Shown here: positions 24,123-36,680 of the stretch, piece by piece
Position numbering within the stretch: the first letter of the stretch is position 1
Layout of the letters: the number at the start of each line of letters is the position of its first letter
DNA from: Azolla caroliniana
Lineage: Eukaryota > Plantae > Polypodiophyta
Reading direction: 5' to 3'
Assembly (NCBI GenBank): GCA_043228905.1
Contig: JBHGNT010000001.1
Location: 24,180,001 to 24,244,000, forward strand
Length of the DNA stretch: 64,000 bases
Position numbers and translations under genes: made by a program
Notes under the pieces: model-generated
What the model saw: the letters and a program-made list of their open reading frames with translations, nothing else
What the model was told of the DNA's origin: nothing
Databases searched by the model: none

Positions 24123-27100
24123 CTAACCGGACTGGTTTGTCGTTACGCCCATCTGATGCCGAAGAGACCGAAAGCGGTCTGCCGAAAGACACTTGGTCAT
24201 TCCATCTGCGACATTGTCGGTTGTGGATATTTTCTCTAGACCGATTTTCCCTGAAATGACGCAGTCCCGAACGAAGTGATATCGAACGTCGATATGTTTG
24301 GAGGCGTTGTGGTGAACCGGATTTTTCGACAAGGCAACAGCACCTTGACTGTCGCTGTAGACAACTGGAGCCGAGTTATGGTCGACTTGTCGAAACGTGT
24401 GCGCCAGCCGACCGAGCCACAAAGCTTCTTTTGCTGCGTCGGACGCAGCTACATATTCTGCTTCGGTCGTTGAGGTCGCTGTGCACTCCTGAAGTTTCGA
24501 CTTCCACGAGATTGCTCCATTGCCGAATTTGAAGCAGTATCCGGTTGTTGATTTCCGACTGTCTATACAGCCGGCGAAGTCCGAGTCGGTGTAACCGACT
24601 ACGCCTGAGGTTCGGTTCGGACCGAAAAGAATGCCGTGGTCTTTTGTGCCAGCCAGATATCTGAACACATGCTTGACTGCGTTCCAATGCGATCGGCCAG
24701 GATTGTGCATAAATCTGCTAACGACTCCTACGGCGTGAGAAATATCAGGCCGTGTCGCGACCATCAGGTACATAAGGGAGCCGACTGCCGGTGCATACGG
24801 TACCGACTTCATATCTTCCCCCTCCGGACCGGATGTCGGGCAGTCTTGCTGAGAGAGCCGAAGATTCATGGGGAGCGGGGTTGAAGCAGATTTGGCTGAT
24901 TGCATGTTGAAGCGTTCCAAGACACGTCCGATATAGTCGGTCTGAGACAAAAAAAGATGTCGTTTATCGCGATGCCGACTAATCTTCATGCCAAGGATGT
25001 GTCGTGCCGGACCGAGGTCCTTCATGGCAAACTTCAACCGCAGTTGCCGAATGAGATCGGCAAGTTCGCCCGCGTGGCGTCCAGAAATTAGCATGTCGTC
25101 CACGTAAATGATGAGGAAGATGGGTGATCCATCTTGAGCTGTGTTGGTAAAGAGACAATGGTCCTCATCGCTTTTTGAGAAGCCGATCGATTGGATGAAG
25201 TCGTCGAACTTCTTGTACCATTGTCGCGGTGCCTGTTTGAGGCCGTATAGACTCTTCCTGAGTCGGCAGACTAGATGTTCTTGGCCAGTTGCCACGAAGC
25301 CTTTTGGCTGCTCCATATAAATTTCCTCCTCGAGATCACCATGGAGGAAGGCTGTTTTGACATCTAGCTGAATCAGCTCCAAGTTGTCGGCTGCCATGAC
25401 GCCGAGCAGAAAACGAAGGGTTGTCATTTTCACCACTGGTGAAAAAATCTCGTCGAAGTCGACGCCATATTCTTGTCGGAAGCCCTTCGCAACTAATCTG
25501 GCCTTGTACTTTGGGGTGGTCGAATCAGACGTCTCTTTTAGTCGATAAACCCACTTGCAAGGAAGAGCACGTCGGTTCCTAGGTAATTCGACCAGATCCC
25601 AAGTCTTGTTTGCCCGAATGGAGTGCATTTCCGACTCCATCGCCAGATGCCAGGTGGCTGAATCGACAGATGTCGATGCTTCTTCGTAAGACGTCGGTTC
25701 GCCGGCGTCGGTGAAGAAAATTCCAGGAGAATACCTCTCCGGAGGTTGCGACAGTCTCTCGGATCGGCGAGGTAAGATTGGACTGGTCGCATCGGGTATC
25801 AAGGTCGGATGGTCCGAAAGCGGATTGTTCTGCTGTGCCGAGTCGGGGTTGTCCGAGTCGGTAGTGTAAGGTTCAGCTACCCGTGAAGCTGACCGTGTGT
25901 TGAGAGCGGGGCCTTCTTGAAGGGTCGGCACATCGGAAAACGTTACCCTTCGGACTTCGATCGGTTTTTCGACTGATGGATTCATAGCCGACTCGTTGAA
26001 CACAACGTCCGAACTTCGAACGATTTGCCTGCGTTCGGGGTCCCAGAGTCGGTATCCCATTTCGCCGTCGGATCCATATCCAAGGAAAATGCATTTCCTG
26101 GACCGAGGTGCAAGTTTGCGGCGATCATCTTTCGGAATAAGGGCGTACGCCTCGCATCCGAAGATCCTCAGCTTGTCGTAATTCGGCTTACTGCCGTTCC
26201 AGAGTTCCTGAGGAATTTGAAGTCCTAGAGGTCTACTTGGCGACATATTGATTATGTGTACTGCCGTGAGTAGAGCCTCTGCCCAGAAGCCATCCGACAG
26301 TCCGGAGTGTTGGAGCATGGAAACTATCCGTTCTTGGATTGTCCGATTCATGCGTTCGGCAATCCCGTTTTGCTCCGGGCTGTGTGGTGCCGTAAATTCA
26401 CGTCGGATGCCGCGTTGTCGGCAGAATTTGACGAATTCTTCTGATTTGAACTCTCCCCCATTGTCGGTCCGAAAGCATTTCAGTTTTCGGTCGGTTTGAT
26501 TTTCTACCATAGCGAGCCAATCGGAGAAGATCGAGAAGACCCGATCTTTGGTGCGAATTGGATAAGCCCACACCTTTCGAGTCGAATCGTCAATAAAAGT
26601 GACGAAGTAAGAGGCACCGCCTAGAGACTGATGCGGCATTGGGCCACAGACGTCCGAGTGGACCAAATCGAGAGGTCTCGTTTCTCTTGGTGCTGATGTC
26701 GGGTGTGATGCGGCTGCTTGTTTGCCATACTGGCAATGCTCGCAAAATTGATGGTCGGAGAAGGAGAGTTTGGGGATGTATCCGGCTCTAGATAGGTGCG
26801 TGATGCCGGCCTTGCTGAGGTGTCCTAATCTTCGGTGCCATAGTGATGACACAGGAATATCCACCAAAAACAGGTTACCCTCTCTGAGCGTAACATGTAA
26901 CGGATACAGGGAGTGTATCTTGGGTCCTCTAGCAAGCAGGAGGTTCCCCCTGTGGAGTGTCCACCCTCCCGAAGAAAAACCGGCATGAATGCCGTCTTCA
27001 TCTAGTTGTCCGACTGAGATCAATGGCCTTGAGAGCTCGGGTACATGTCGGACATTGTGGAGTACAAGTGTAGAGCCACCTGCAAGGTTGAGCTCTACTG

Positions 27101-28136
27101 TGCCGATTCCGATAATGTCACAGTGTTGTGAGTTGCCGACTCGAACTGAGTCGGAGTGACGGATCGTATATTGCCGGAATTGGGATCGATGAGGAGTCAC
27201 GTGAAATGACGCGCCCGAATCTAAGAGCCATGTGCTCGATTCTTCAGTCGTGAGTAGAACTTCTGATCCGACTGGATTTTCGATTGATAGTATATTCGGG
27301 TCGTCCGGTAGTACATCAGCTGAGAAGCTGACGTAATTGATCTCCTCATGCCGGCCACTCTTCTTGTTGTTCTTGTTCTTGAGTGCGCGGCAGTCTGCTT
27401 TGATGTGTCCGGGTTTCTTGCAATAGTTGCAGATTCGGTTATCCCGTGACTGGCTCCGTCTTCGCTGATTGTTCGGCGGTCGTGAGGAATCTCTTCCTCG
27501 TATGTTCGATCGGTCTGTCGAACCTTGTACTATGTAAGCGTCATCTGTTGAGTCTTTGGCGAAAGACTTTCTCCGAGCTGCTTCGGTCAGGATTGCGCTC
27601 GTGACTTCGGAGTATTTAACAGCCGTGGTTGACGCGTTGCACACGGTTGTGACGAAAGTTTCCCATGATGAGGGAAGGCTGCTCATGAGTATCATTGCTC
27701 TGAGTTCATCCTCGATTGCCGTCCCCTGTGACGAGATTTGGGAGCTTATGCTTTCGTACTCATTGAGGTGTGCTTGAACCGAATCGGATTCTTTCATCCG
27801 CAAGTTGTAGAGGCGCCGGATCAGAAACATCTTCGTTGCGGCGACCTTCTTTTCGTAAGTGTCCGACAGTGTTTTCCACAGTTCGAATGCTGTCGTACAC
27901 GATTGCACCGTAAAGTATACCGATTCCGATAGGTGCATCCGAATCGTGGCGCGGACAATTCTGTCCAGCTTCTGCCACTCAATTGGTTTGTATCCTTCTG
28001 GAGGTTCTTCATTTTCGATGGGATCGATTTGCCCCTTGACTATGAGATAGTCCTGCATTTGCTCCTTCCAGAAGTTGAAGTTCGATCCATCGAACTTTCG
28101 TAGACTCATTTCTGACGAGCCGGATGTTGATGCCAT
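24123..28136 (-). CDS. Copia gag-pol polyprotein (~1337 aa: Gag, CCHC, PR, INT, RT, RH)
   Basis: CNYCKKPGHIKADC; WLLDSGAS; HRRLGH..CEHC; DVCGP/TDNGGEF/GIAERMN; YVDD; YTDSD..ADGMTK. ATG at 28136. Confidence 0.97.
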   Translation of the reverse strand: MASTSGSSEMSLRKFDGSNFNFWKEQMQDYLIVKGQIDPIENEEPPEGYKPIEWQKLDRIVRATIRMHLSESVYFTVQSCTTAFELWKTLSDTYEKKVAATKMFLIRRLYNLRMKESDSVQAHLNEYESISSQISSQGTAIEDELRAMILMSSLPSSWETFVTTVCNASTTAVKYSEVTSAILTEAARRKSFAKDSTDDAYIVQGSTDRSNIRGRDSSRPPNNQRRRSQSRDNRICNYCKKPGHIKADCRALKNKNNKKSGRHEEINYVSFSADVLPDDPNILSIENPVGSEVLLTTEESSTWLLDSGASFHVTPHRSQFRQYTIRHSDSVRVGNSQHCDIIGIGTVELNLAGGSTLVLHNVRHVPELSRPLISVGQLDEDGIHAGFSSGGWTLHRGNLLLARGPKIHSLYPLHVTLREGNLFLVDIPVSSLWHRRLGHLSKAGITHLSRAGYIPKLSFSDHQFCEHCQYGKQAAASHPTSAPRETRPLDLVHSDVCGPMPHQSLGGASYFVTFIDDSTRKVWAYPIRTKDRVFSIFSDWLAMVENQTDRKLKCFRTDNGGEFKSEEFVKFCRQRGIRREFTAPHSPEQNGIAERMNRTIQERIVSMLQHSGLSDGFWAEALLTAVHIINMSPSRPLGLQIPQELWNGSKPNYDKLRIFGCEAYALIPKDDRRKLAPRSRKCIFLGYGSDGEMGYRLWDPERRQIVRSSDVVFNESAMNPSVEKPIEVRRVTFSDVPTLQEGPALNTRSASRVAEPYTTDSDNPDSAQQNNPLSDHPTLIPDATSPILPRRSERLSQPPERYSPGIFFTDAGEPTSYEEASTSVDSATWHLAMESEMHSIRANKTWDLVELPRNRRALPCKWVYRLKETSDSTTPKYKARLVAKGFRQEYGVDFDEIFSPVVKMTTLRFLLGVMAADNLELIQLDVKTAFLHGDLEEEIYMEQPKGFVATGQEHLVCRLRKSLYGLKQAPRQWYKKFDDFIQSIGFSKSDEDHCLFTNTAQDGSPIFLIIYVDDMLISGRHAGELADLIRQLRLKFAMKDLGPARHILGMKISRHRDKRHLFLSQTDYIGRVLERFNMQSAKSASTPLPMNLRLSQQDCPTSGPEGEDMKSVPYAPAVGSLMYLMVATRPDISHAVGVVSRFMHNPGRSHWNAVKHVFRYLAGTKDHGILFGPNRTSGVVGYTDSDFAGCIDSRKSTTGYCFKFGNGAISWKSKLQECTATSTTEAEYVAASDAAKEALWLGRLAHTFRQVDHNSAPVVYSDSQGAVALSKNPVHHNASKHIDVRYHFVRDCVISGKIGLEKISTTDNVADGMTKCLSADRFRSLRHQMGVTTNQSG

Positions 28137-28817
28137 CAAATTTGGTTTCGGTTAACGAAGCTCGGTTCGGAGTTGACTACGAACCTTGTTGGAGTGCAGC
28201 CGGTTGGCTCACCCGATATCGTTCTAGTCGGATTTGAACCTGAGTCGGTTCGGCTTCGAATATATGTATTGTTGAACTTGCTCGAATTGACTCCGGTAAC
28301 TTGAGGGACAGAACCGACTGGTCTTCCCGAATGGTTCCGAGTCGAAGTGAGCCCGGTTCGCTTCGGATATATATACCGAATACTGATTATTGAAACCGAT
28401 TATCTGGACCAATTCGGCTTCGGGTGACTGCAGCGACGAGAGAGATGGATCCAACTGATCCTCTCGAATGTCGATCAGCCGGATGAAGCACGAATTTGGG
28501 GTTGTTGTCTTGAGACCGATCTGCACCGAGTGGTTACAACGAGCGGCGTTTGATTACCTCTTCGGATGCCGTTTAACCGGGTGGAGCACGATCGTGTCAA
28601 TGTTGCACAAGGGGATTTCACCTCGAGCGGTTACGATCACAAGGAACGGAGTACGACCTGCTGGCTTACTCCAAACAAAGATGATCTAACGCGATGAGAT
28701 GCAGGCCTCGTTTTTCTTCTTCTTCTCTCTTCTTCGAATGACGCAGGAAACCGAATGCTGAGACGACGGCCGACAGCGGATTGAAGGACCGACTACTGTG
28801 AATGCTCTGATACCAGA

Positions 28818-29108
28818 TGTTGGAGACAAAGTCGTCTTTGCGGAAGATCAAGAAGCATTCGATTTCTGCTGAGTACCTGCGTATGACAGTTTGGAGGTCG
28901 TTGCACAGAGAGAGAGAGAGAGAGAGAGACACACACACAAAAAATAATTCTTATTCCATATATCAATAATACAACACCCAACCTTACAAAAAGGTTACAA
29001 GGTCAATATATATAGTGACCGACTTAGGGCAACTACCCTTTATGCTAATTACATAAATGGCCAAAACGGGATAGTGTGAATACGTCCATTATACACATGT
29101 ATTCGACA
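28818..29108 (-). repeat. 5' LTR of the intact Copia
   Basis: TG...CA, 291 bp, contains (GA)11(CA)5. Confidence 0.97.
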
Positions 29109-32100
29109 TACGATTCCCAATCGAGAAGAAGCTTTGGTGACTTAGTGGGTGGGTCGTTTGATCTGATTGGCCAAATAGTGAAAACTATAACGCCATACCC
29201 ATAGCTCAACTAGAAAGGCCATGGAGAGACAATTTTTGCTCGTGGACTCATATCGAACTAGAACCCCAGCTTACACTAAGTATAATATATTCTCAATGGA
29301 TGTTTAAATTTGTAAATGTTTTCAGACATTTGTGTCTTCTCATCGCTCTGAACTAACAATCATAGAGTACATTGGAAGCGAAACCTGGTAGGACTTTGCC
29401 TCTCACAAGGACACAAAAATGATCTTGTGTAAGTTATTCAAGAAACAAAACAAAATGATGCACGATACACCACAAAACCTTTAATGTGGAAAAACTATGA
29501 GGAAGGATAAAAAACCATGTGACCAAGTCCGGACATAAGTCATACACCAAAGTTCTCTGTATATATTAGAGTATTCTGTAAAGAGCAATAACTAAAACCC
29601 AACAATCAAGGCAAAGAAAGACCACCAAAGACTCAGACATGGCTAGTGATGGAAGTGGGGATTTCCAAAAATGGTGGCATTTAATCAATATGCTCAAAAG
29701 CGAAGGGCAAGAAACTAAGTATGAGATCCTTAAAATTCTCTTCTACTCTCAAAAAGAAATATGCTCGTTTTCCCCCTCTTTCAAACATTCGAAAAGTGAG
29801 TATAGATTTATAAATGCATATTTAAAATGTGAGTTTCAATTCCACAATATTCAGTCATTACAATAGATGGTTCACTTAACATATACTCAAGAACCCCATG
29901 ACATGCTTGGGTGGGTCCCCATCTCCTAATTTGCTATCCATGATGTGATATTCCAAACGTATGTAATGGACTAATAACTTGGAGGTTGCATCTCCTTGGC
30001 CATCTCTGTTGTTATCATTGTATCCTCAATGTTTTGGGCAAGTACTACAACACATTAAACCAATTTTCTTTTGTTCATTCTACTATCTTATTTTATTTCT
30101 ACAAAGCATGTCCTTACTACTCTCCACATGCATTTTCTACAATCTATCCTTTGTTGATTGTGTTTTCATATCCAGCACTTTATTATGCGTTGTGTCCTTC
30201 ATAATCTTGTCATAACATCCAAACATCATGCTATCGTCATTATACATGAACAACTAAATGAAGAAGTTATTGATGAGGTGTAACACAATTTCTCCCTCTA
30301 TAACCATATTTTCACATCAATCCATTTTGTTTTCTCGAAAGTGTCATACGCTTTCTTCTTTCCAATTGATGATATGTGTGCTCTACAAACGACTGCTTTG
30401 GCTGTCTCCAACATAGACTTAGTGAAATTGAATTCTGGGTGAAGATGCAAAGTACTAACGAGTAGTGCGTAAGACCCCCTGCACCTTTACTATAGCTTTG
30501 CAATGACATCCTTGATTTTAATGTGTAGGATAGAGTGGAGGTGATGGCACACAAAGTCACCACCAATCTTGAAATACCTCTCTCTAGTTCAACATGGTTA
30601 CTATAGGTATGATTGTCAAAATCAGGAACATGGATTATGATTCATTTCAAAGCAAAAGTTAGTCCAAAGTGACATAATTATGATTAATTAGAGGATGTCC
30701 CAAGGACGATTTGATAAGTAGACATCCTCTACAAACTAGTACGGAATTTGCAATAGTCATCCGTTAGTAACGTTTACAAGGAGTACATAAACTCGTGTAG
30801 AGTATTTCTTTAGAGCATGAGCAAACTCAGCTGTATAAAATGTTTTTCAAAACATACTGAAAAAAAGAAGTCACCATGGGGTGATTTGAAGCCAAGACAT
30901 AGTTTAATTTCGAAAATGTATAGTTACACGAATCATAATCAATCAAATATTGCCAAAGATACATTATGAATCAAAATGGGCTGTTAAGCTGCAAAACATT
31001 GGGAAAAAAGATGTCACATTCACTCAATAAACATTGGTTGAATTATTCTTTTGACCCGCTGATTGTATATATTGGCAAAGGGAGCAATACCTAATAGATT
31101 TTTGTTTTTTGAAAAAACAATAACAATAAACATGTACATTCACATAAATCCCAATTATTTACTGCATACATGAAAAGGTTCCCATCTCCTAATTTCCTTA
31201 AATGTTTGGAAAGGAGTTATGCTCAGTAAAAAAAAGTTATTCAAATATCTGATATGAAAGATGTATTTACAATCATTAGGCCACACAAGCCATAGCAGGA
31301 CACACATGCATATAGCATAAACTAGTTCATTGTCTGCACATACAAATGTATTTGATACAAGTCATTGCTTAGTCATAAGCCCATGGAATTGAAGAAGGTA
31401 AATGCTTAAAACCGTTTCAAACTCAAGTGATGATCTATGTTTCAGCATGATGTACATGTGTCCCCAGCTTCATGCAACGATTTGAAACGACCAATGTCAA
31501 ATATTGGGAAGGAAAAACATATTCCACATATTTGGAGAAATCTCTGATGTGAGCTTTGTGAGAATGAAAAAAACATTTTTACACTAAAATTTCTGCTCAA
31601 ACATCAATGCTTGATCTTTGTCACATTATTAAGGTACAGTATAAATGCCATGATTCTGAAATGTCTTTCAAAATGTTCCCAAAGCTTTTTTGTTATTGTT
31701 CTCATTATTACCACCATTAGAAAATTGCCAGAAGGAGAGAAAGAACTCACATTTAAGTATCTCCTATATCTGCATGGACATAAACTGCTTATAATCATAT
31801 GCTCCAAACATATAACAAGAGTTCAAAAACATATAAATTGAAAATAAACATAAATAAAAGCATATTACTTGTCCTTATTACCATACCAGTGTGGCTTACG
31901 TATGGATCAATGCGGCTACTCCCTGTGGCCATCATTACCCTGTGCTGTGGAAACCTGCGAAAACAAAATCTAGCTTTGTTCTCATTTGTCATCTTGGCCT
32001 TCCCCATATGTTAATATCACATTTCATTTTGCCAAACTTTTTATCAAGTCTACAATATTTTGCTTTTCCACAAGACCAACAAAGCTTGGAATATATAACT

Positions 32101-32334
32101 GCTTTAACTAAAATTGCTGATCTTCATCATGGGGGATTCAATATAGAAAAGCTAATGGGACAAGTAAGGCATCTTCAAATGATGTCTGACATGTAATAGG
32201 TGGGAGAAATGAAATGAAATGTTATATTAATACCTTCAAAAGTTTTAAGTGACCTATGACAACATAAGTTATATACAAGTGAATCTTATTGGATGGTACA
32301 AGGATATAGGAAGCATACGTACAAGTAATCCAGT

Positions 32335-33004
32335 ACCATATGATGAATGTCCTCTATCGAGAACTGCATATAGACTGTTTAATCTCTAGCAATGATACTA
32401 TGTATCCTTTGATGAGGGCAATGTCTTGTGTGATGATCCAACTCCTCTGGCATCTAAAGATAGCCAAAGAGCTATTTGGTAAAAAAGTATACCTATATGA
32501 GGTGTTGGTTGTACTTGTTCTCAGGTGTCTTGGCAAAGACCTGACAAGGCCATAGCTAGGAACGAGTTTTAAATGAAAAAAAGAATGAGAAGCGGAAGAT
32601 ATGAGAAATGAGAGAGAATAAGAAGAATTTGATAATGTATTAACAACAAGAGCAAGGTTTACAAGAATATGCCAAAGACTGGCGTTGAACCAGAATGGTT
32701 CATCAATACTCAAATACATGTTTATATAGCGTGGTTTGGATACATGCATGCTTGCCACCTCATAGGCACGCATGATCGTCACTTGGCATTGATGCAAGCA
32801 TGCCACTTGGCAAGCATGTGTTAGCCTATGCAGGATGGCGACATTTCATAATATTATTATATATGAATTCTATTGATATAATAGAATTTACAAATTAAAA
32901 TATATAATATGATGTATCCTAATGGTTGGGGTTATATGTTTTCATTGAGGAGGTTATGGGTTCGGATCACCCTAAAGCTTATTGGGTTTTATCTACTCAT
33001 GACA
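32335..33004 (-). mobile_element. Old solo-LTR-like remnant related to the chromovirus LTR
   Basis: Ends in TCATGACA; shares GGCGTTGAACC..TGGTTC with 39500-39520. Left edge and TSD unclear. Confidence 0.5.
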
Positions 33005-33357
33005 AGTCCTTGGTGGCCATCTACTCCTTACGATAGATATTACATCTGCAGCTTCCCATGACCCAGGAAACTGGTCCAAATAGTGCTCCTTAGACTCTAG
33101 CTCTGTATGGCAAAGCTAAATGTCCTTTGCTTAGAAGCAAAATCACTATAACTAACTATTTCTATCTCCTACTAATGTGCAAATTTATGAAACAATTCTT
33201 CTCAATCATGAGATAAATGGATATTGGTATAGTCAAGAAAAATAATTCCATCCTCAATGATATGAGGATGGCAAAGTGAGAAGGCCATCTTTGTACCCAA
33301 TTCATGCAAAGATTTGCCCAAGGTTCTCCTAGCCTGCACGATCTCATCACCATTGTC

Positions 33358-33415
33358 ATCGAAGGTGTTTCCCTTGATCGAAGGTGTTTCCCAACATCGA
33401 AGGTGTTTCCCTTGA
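33358..33415. repeat. 3 x 19-bp tandem repeat
   Basis: ATCGAAGGTGTTTCCC at 33358, 33377 and 33396. Confidence 0.9.
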
Positions 33416-33699
33416 TTGTGAGACCTCTCCATTCTAGATCGACTTACGCTAGAAATTTTTCAAAGACAGAAATTACAACATATCTAACTTGAGAATCTTA
33501 CATTTACCAGTAACAAGATTCTTTCGTAACTTTTTATCTAATCTACTTTTTTTTACTTAGTAATATTTATTTTGGTTTGTTGTCCTCAGACGAGACAATG
33601 CTTACGATGCAATCTCCAGGCCATTTTGGCCCTCTTAAAAGAGATTAATAAAATGTTTTTTCTTTCTTTCGATGCAACAAGTGGCACAATCATTCCATT

Positions 33700-34315
33700 T
33701 ATGATTTAAGGGAACTTCAAGGCCCACGTATTTAAAGCTTTCCATGATTTCAAAGTGGCTCAATATTGTACATGGTGCATGGTTTATCCGTATTTTGTGT
33801 CTTCATAAGCAGTCTTCATTTTAGAGCTCTTGACACTCAACTTGGTATACATGAAATACTCTTCCAATGCCCTCATAAGCTTTTGTGCATTTTCTAAAGT
33901 ATTTGCAAAAAGCACCTCATCATCTACGTACAACGAAAGCGTGATGACTACATTCCCAATGGGAACTTCTTCAATGCCTTTTTCCGTCACAAAGTTAGCA
34001 ACCATTTGTTCGACTTCATCATGCATATTTCAAATAGAGTTTGTGAGAGTAGGCATCCTTGATTAACACCAATAGTGGACATATAACATGCTCATAGGTT
34101 CAAGAAATTGCAAGCATAAACTCACTTGATACCTTGAGTTCCTCCATGCACCTCCAACGATGCTCACAAGTTAAGACATCAAAAGATTTCTTGAGGTTTA
34201 TGAAGCAAATAATATTAACCCTCATATCTCAAGTGACTTTCTTTCCTTAACACTCGAAGGGTGACAAGGTGATCGATGCTACTATTATGTTTTCAAAAGC
34301 CAACTGCTCCATAGA
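33700..34315 (-). mobile_element. Degenerate LINE (non-LTR) reverse transcriptase fragment
   Basis: GEQLAF..STIDHLVTL..GVNQGCLLSQTLF..LYVDDEVLFA..LSVKSSK..YVGL, the motif order of non-LTR RT. Ends approximate. Confidence 0.75.
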
Positions 34316-34992
34316 GAAAGAGAGAGAGATATGTTTGGTTTCCAATCAATAGCTGATCAAATTGTTTTGGTCATGATTCGACCTATGCAAAGTTTAGGCG
34401 TAAAAAATATTTCATCATTCTCTTACACATAATACTATTTGTGCCACAACAATCACATGATTTTGCACTCTGACCGTCTTCTTTTATCATATATTGGCCT
34501 ATTAGATTAAATTGTCATTTAGGAAGTAGTTCGTTGGCTTGTTAATGGGCATAGGACCTCATCACTAGTTTCAAGGGTAGTGTTTTGGGATATTTAAAGA
34601 CGTTTCCTAGGTATATTTCTCCACTAGAATTATCTTTTAGACATGAAATGTTTTTAACTATTAATACTTTGGCGCATATTTAAGTGTAAATGTTCACAGA
34701 TTCTTCTACATTTTAGAGAATTTATCATCATAAAACAAAGTTGGCATGCAATGTCTATGGGACGCTTCAGTAGGCACATTTTAAGTTGTCTAAAACAACA
34801 TGCTACTAATGTCTTCTTTTTTCTAGGTGGGTTAGCAATACTTTTCTTTGAGTTAGAATTCAACCACAACATGATTTCATGTATATATACTACTCCAATC
34901 ATACTCATAGATCTTTCAGTCAACTATAGAAATGGGTACACCATACAAATTTGTATATGCATTTCCATCCTATATATGCATGTATATGCAAA

Positions 34993-35024
<32 letters not shown>

Positions 35025-35172
35025 CATTCATAGATACACATCATTTATTTTAAATTTCAAGGTCATTTTTGACTATTTCCTCGAGGAAATAAAACTCTTC
35101 CTATTTGATTGTTTATGATTACTATGTGATTATTAGGATATGCAATGCATGGTAAAATATATTTGTAATGCA

Positions 35173-35496
35173 TTAGAAAATAGAATAAGATGCATAAAAG
35201 AAACAGATAGAGGATAGAACTACTTTATCTGGATCAATGATGTTGAAGCCAGTGATTTGATTTGCTTTAAGAAGTTCTAGTTGCTTACTACCACGACGTA
35301 GGAGGTATTCAATACGCTGGAAATCTTTTTTTTCAACAGCATGAGCATCGCGGCGAAATTGAGCACCAACATAACGCTCAATGACAAGGCGAGTATCAGG
35401 TGTCTTTGATCTGGCTACTCGCCAAAATGAACGGTACAAACTCAACACCTGTTTTTGGATTCCAGATAGCCTCCGATGTTCTTGCAAGATCACCAT
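35173..35496 (-). CDS. SDHAF1: LYR-motif protein, succinate dehydrogenase assembly factor 1-like (mitochondrial)
   Basis: LSGIQKQVLSLYR..FR..KKDFQRIEYLLRRGSKQLE is the SDHAF1/Sdh6 signature. AG acceptor at 35519-35518 suggests a 5' UTR intron; the last ~15 codons could be intronic. Confidence 0.9.
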   Translation of the reverse strand: MVILQEHRRLSGIQKQVLSLYRSFWRVARSKTPDTRLVIERYVGAQFRRDAHAVEKKDFQRIEYLLRRGSKQLELLKANQITGFNIIDPDKVVLSSICFFYASYSIF

Positions 35497-36339
35497 TTCT
35501 ATTCTTATCTCTTATTTCTGTTCACACACATAATAGAATGACGAATTCCTATTTAAAGAACTAAATTCGGCAAGGAATATAATCTAGCTTCCAGATATAT
35601 AAGCAATAATAATTTTATTGACAAATATGTCATGAATTTCAAGAAAACAATTTGAATGTCACGTAAATAAGAGGATGTAATAGGACACACCTGTAAGAAT
35701 AAGTAAGAATACCTGTAAAGCTTCTTTTTTTAAGGTTACAATATAATGAGGATACAATAAAAATATAAGTAAGAATACCTGTAAAGCTTTCATGGAAATT
35801 GAAGAAAGGCAAATGCAAGAAGTAATTCTGCAGAAACGGGTAAGACCAAATATTGGCTTGTCCTGAAATAAGAACAGAAATTGCAATGTCGTAAGAGCAG
35901 AATCACGATCTGCTTGTATTTAAAATGTTTCTTCCTAGGGATTCCGATGGAAAGGGATGGAAACAAAACAAAGAGAAATCGCAAGAAGTAATTCGATATT
36001 GCAAAAACGTAGAAGACCGATTTCCGTTTCTAGCCTAGAATAAAACTGATAGCCTGTTTGAATTCAGAACGGGCTTTCACGGTTCTATGGAAACGCAGAG
36101 AAATCTGCAAGGGGCAATTCAACTTTGCATCAGAAACGCAGGAAAAGACCAAAATTTCCAGTCCTCCTCCTGAAAACCAAAACTGAGGACTTTTGTTTTT
36201 TTGGATTGAGAGGCCCATTTCAAACATCCAAGAGACCTGAAGGAAAGAAAAAACGCAAAGGAAGTAGTAACCTAGACATCGCAGAAAACGAAGAGGAAGA
36301 CCGAAATGCTATGTCGATTTGAGAGAGCAAGCAAGAAGA

Positions 36340-36640
36340 TACATACATATGTAGATTAGCCATTCATTAATCAATCGATGGACGTGACGTGGACATACGG
36401 GCGAACGGGCGAACGGGCGGGGGCACCGCCTTTCCTTATGCATATGTATCTCCGGCCGGCCACGAGGAGACTCAGAGATTCCCGAAAGGGATCCTCCGTA
36501 CATCTTACAAAGATGCCCGGACGGATCGGGTGTTTCACACATCTTACAAAGATGCTCGGACGGAACGGAATGCTTGATTAAAGAACAAAAGAGTGCTAAT
36601 CACAAAAGCGGTGGGCGCCGATTAGCAAGCAAGCAAGATA
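36340..36640 (-). promoter_or_regulatory. Probable promoter region of the SDHAF1-like gene
   Basis: GC-richer stretch upstream of a pyrimidine-rich leader; tandem ACGTG cores (GACGTGACGTGG at ~36381-36392); short direct repeats. Transcription start not determined. Confidence 0.35.
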
Positions 36641-36680
36641 TGTATATATAAAAGGATTTATTATAATTAATAAGTAAAAG

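Larger units (their letters stand above)
23633..29108 (-). mobile_element. Intact, very young Ty1/Copia retrotransposon (Tnt1-like)
   Basis: LTRs 23633-23929 and 28818-29108 differ by one SNP plus microsatellite length; TSD TACGA; PBS TGGTATCAGAGCA (28815-28803); PPT GGGGGAG at 23930-23936; uninterrupted ORF. Confidence 0.98.

Noticed and set aside
29400-32300. Short ORFs as possible host exons
   Set aside because: AT-rich with no recognisable protein motifs; 29400-30220 looks like decayed LTR pieces whose boundaries could not be fixed.
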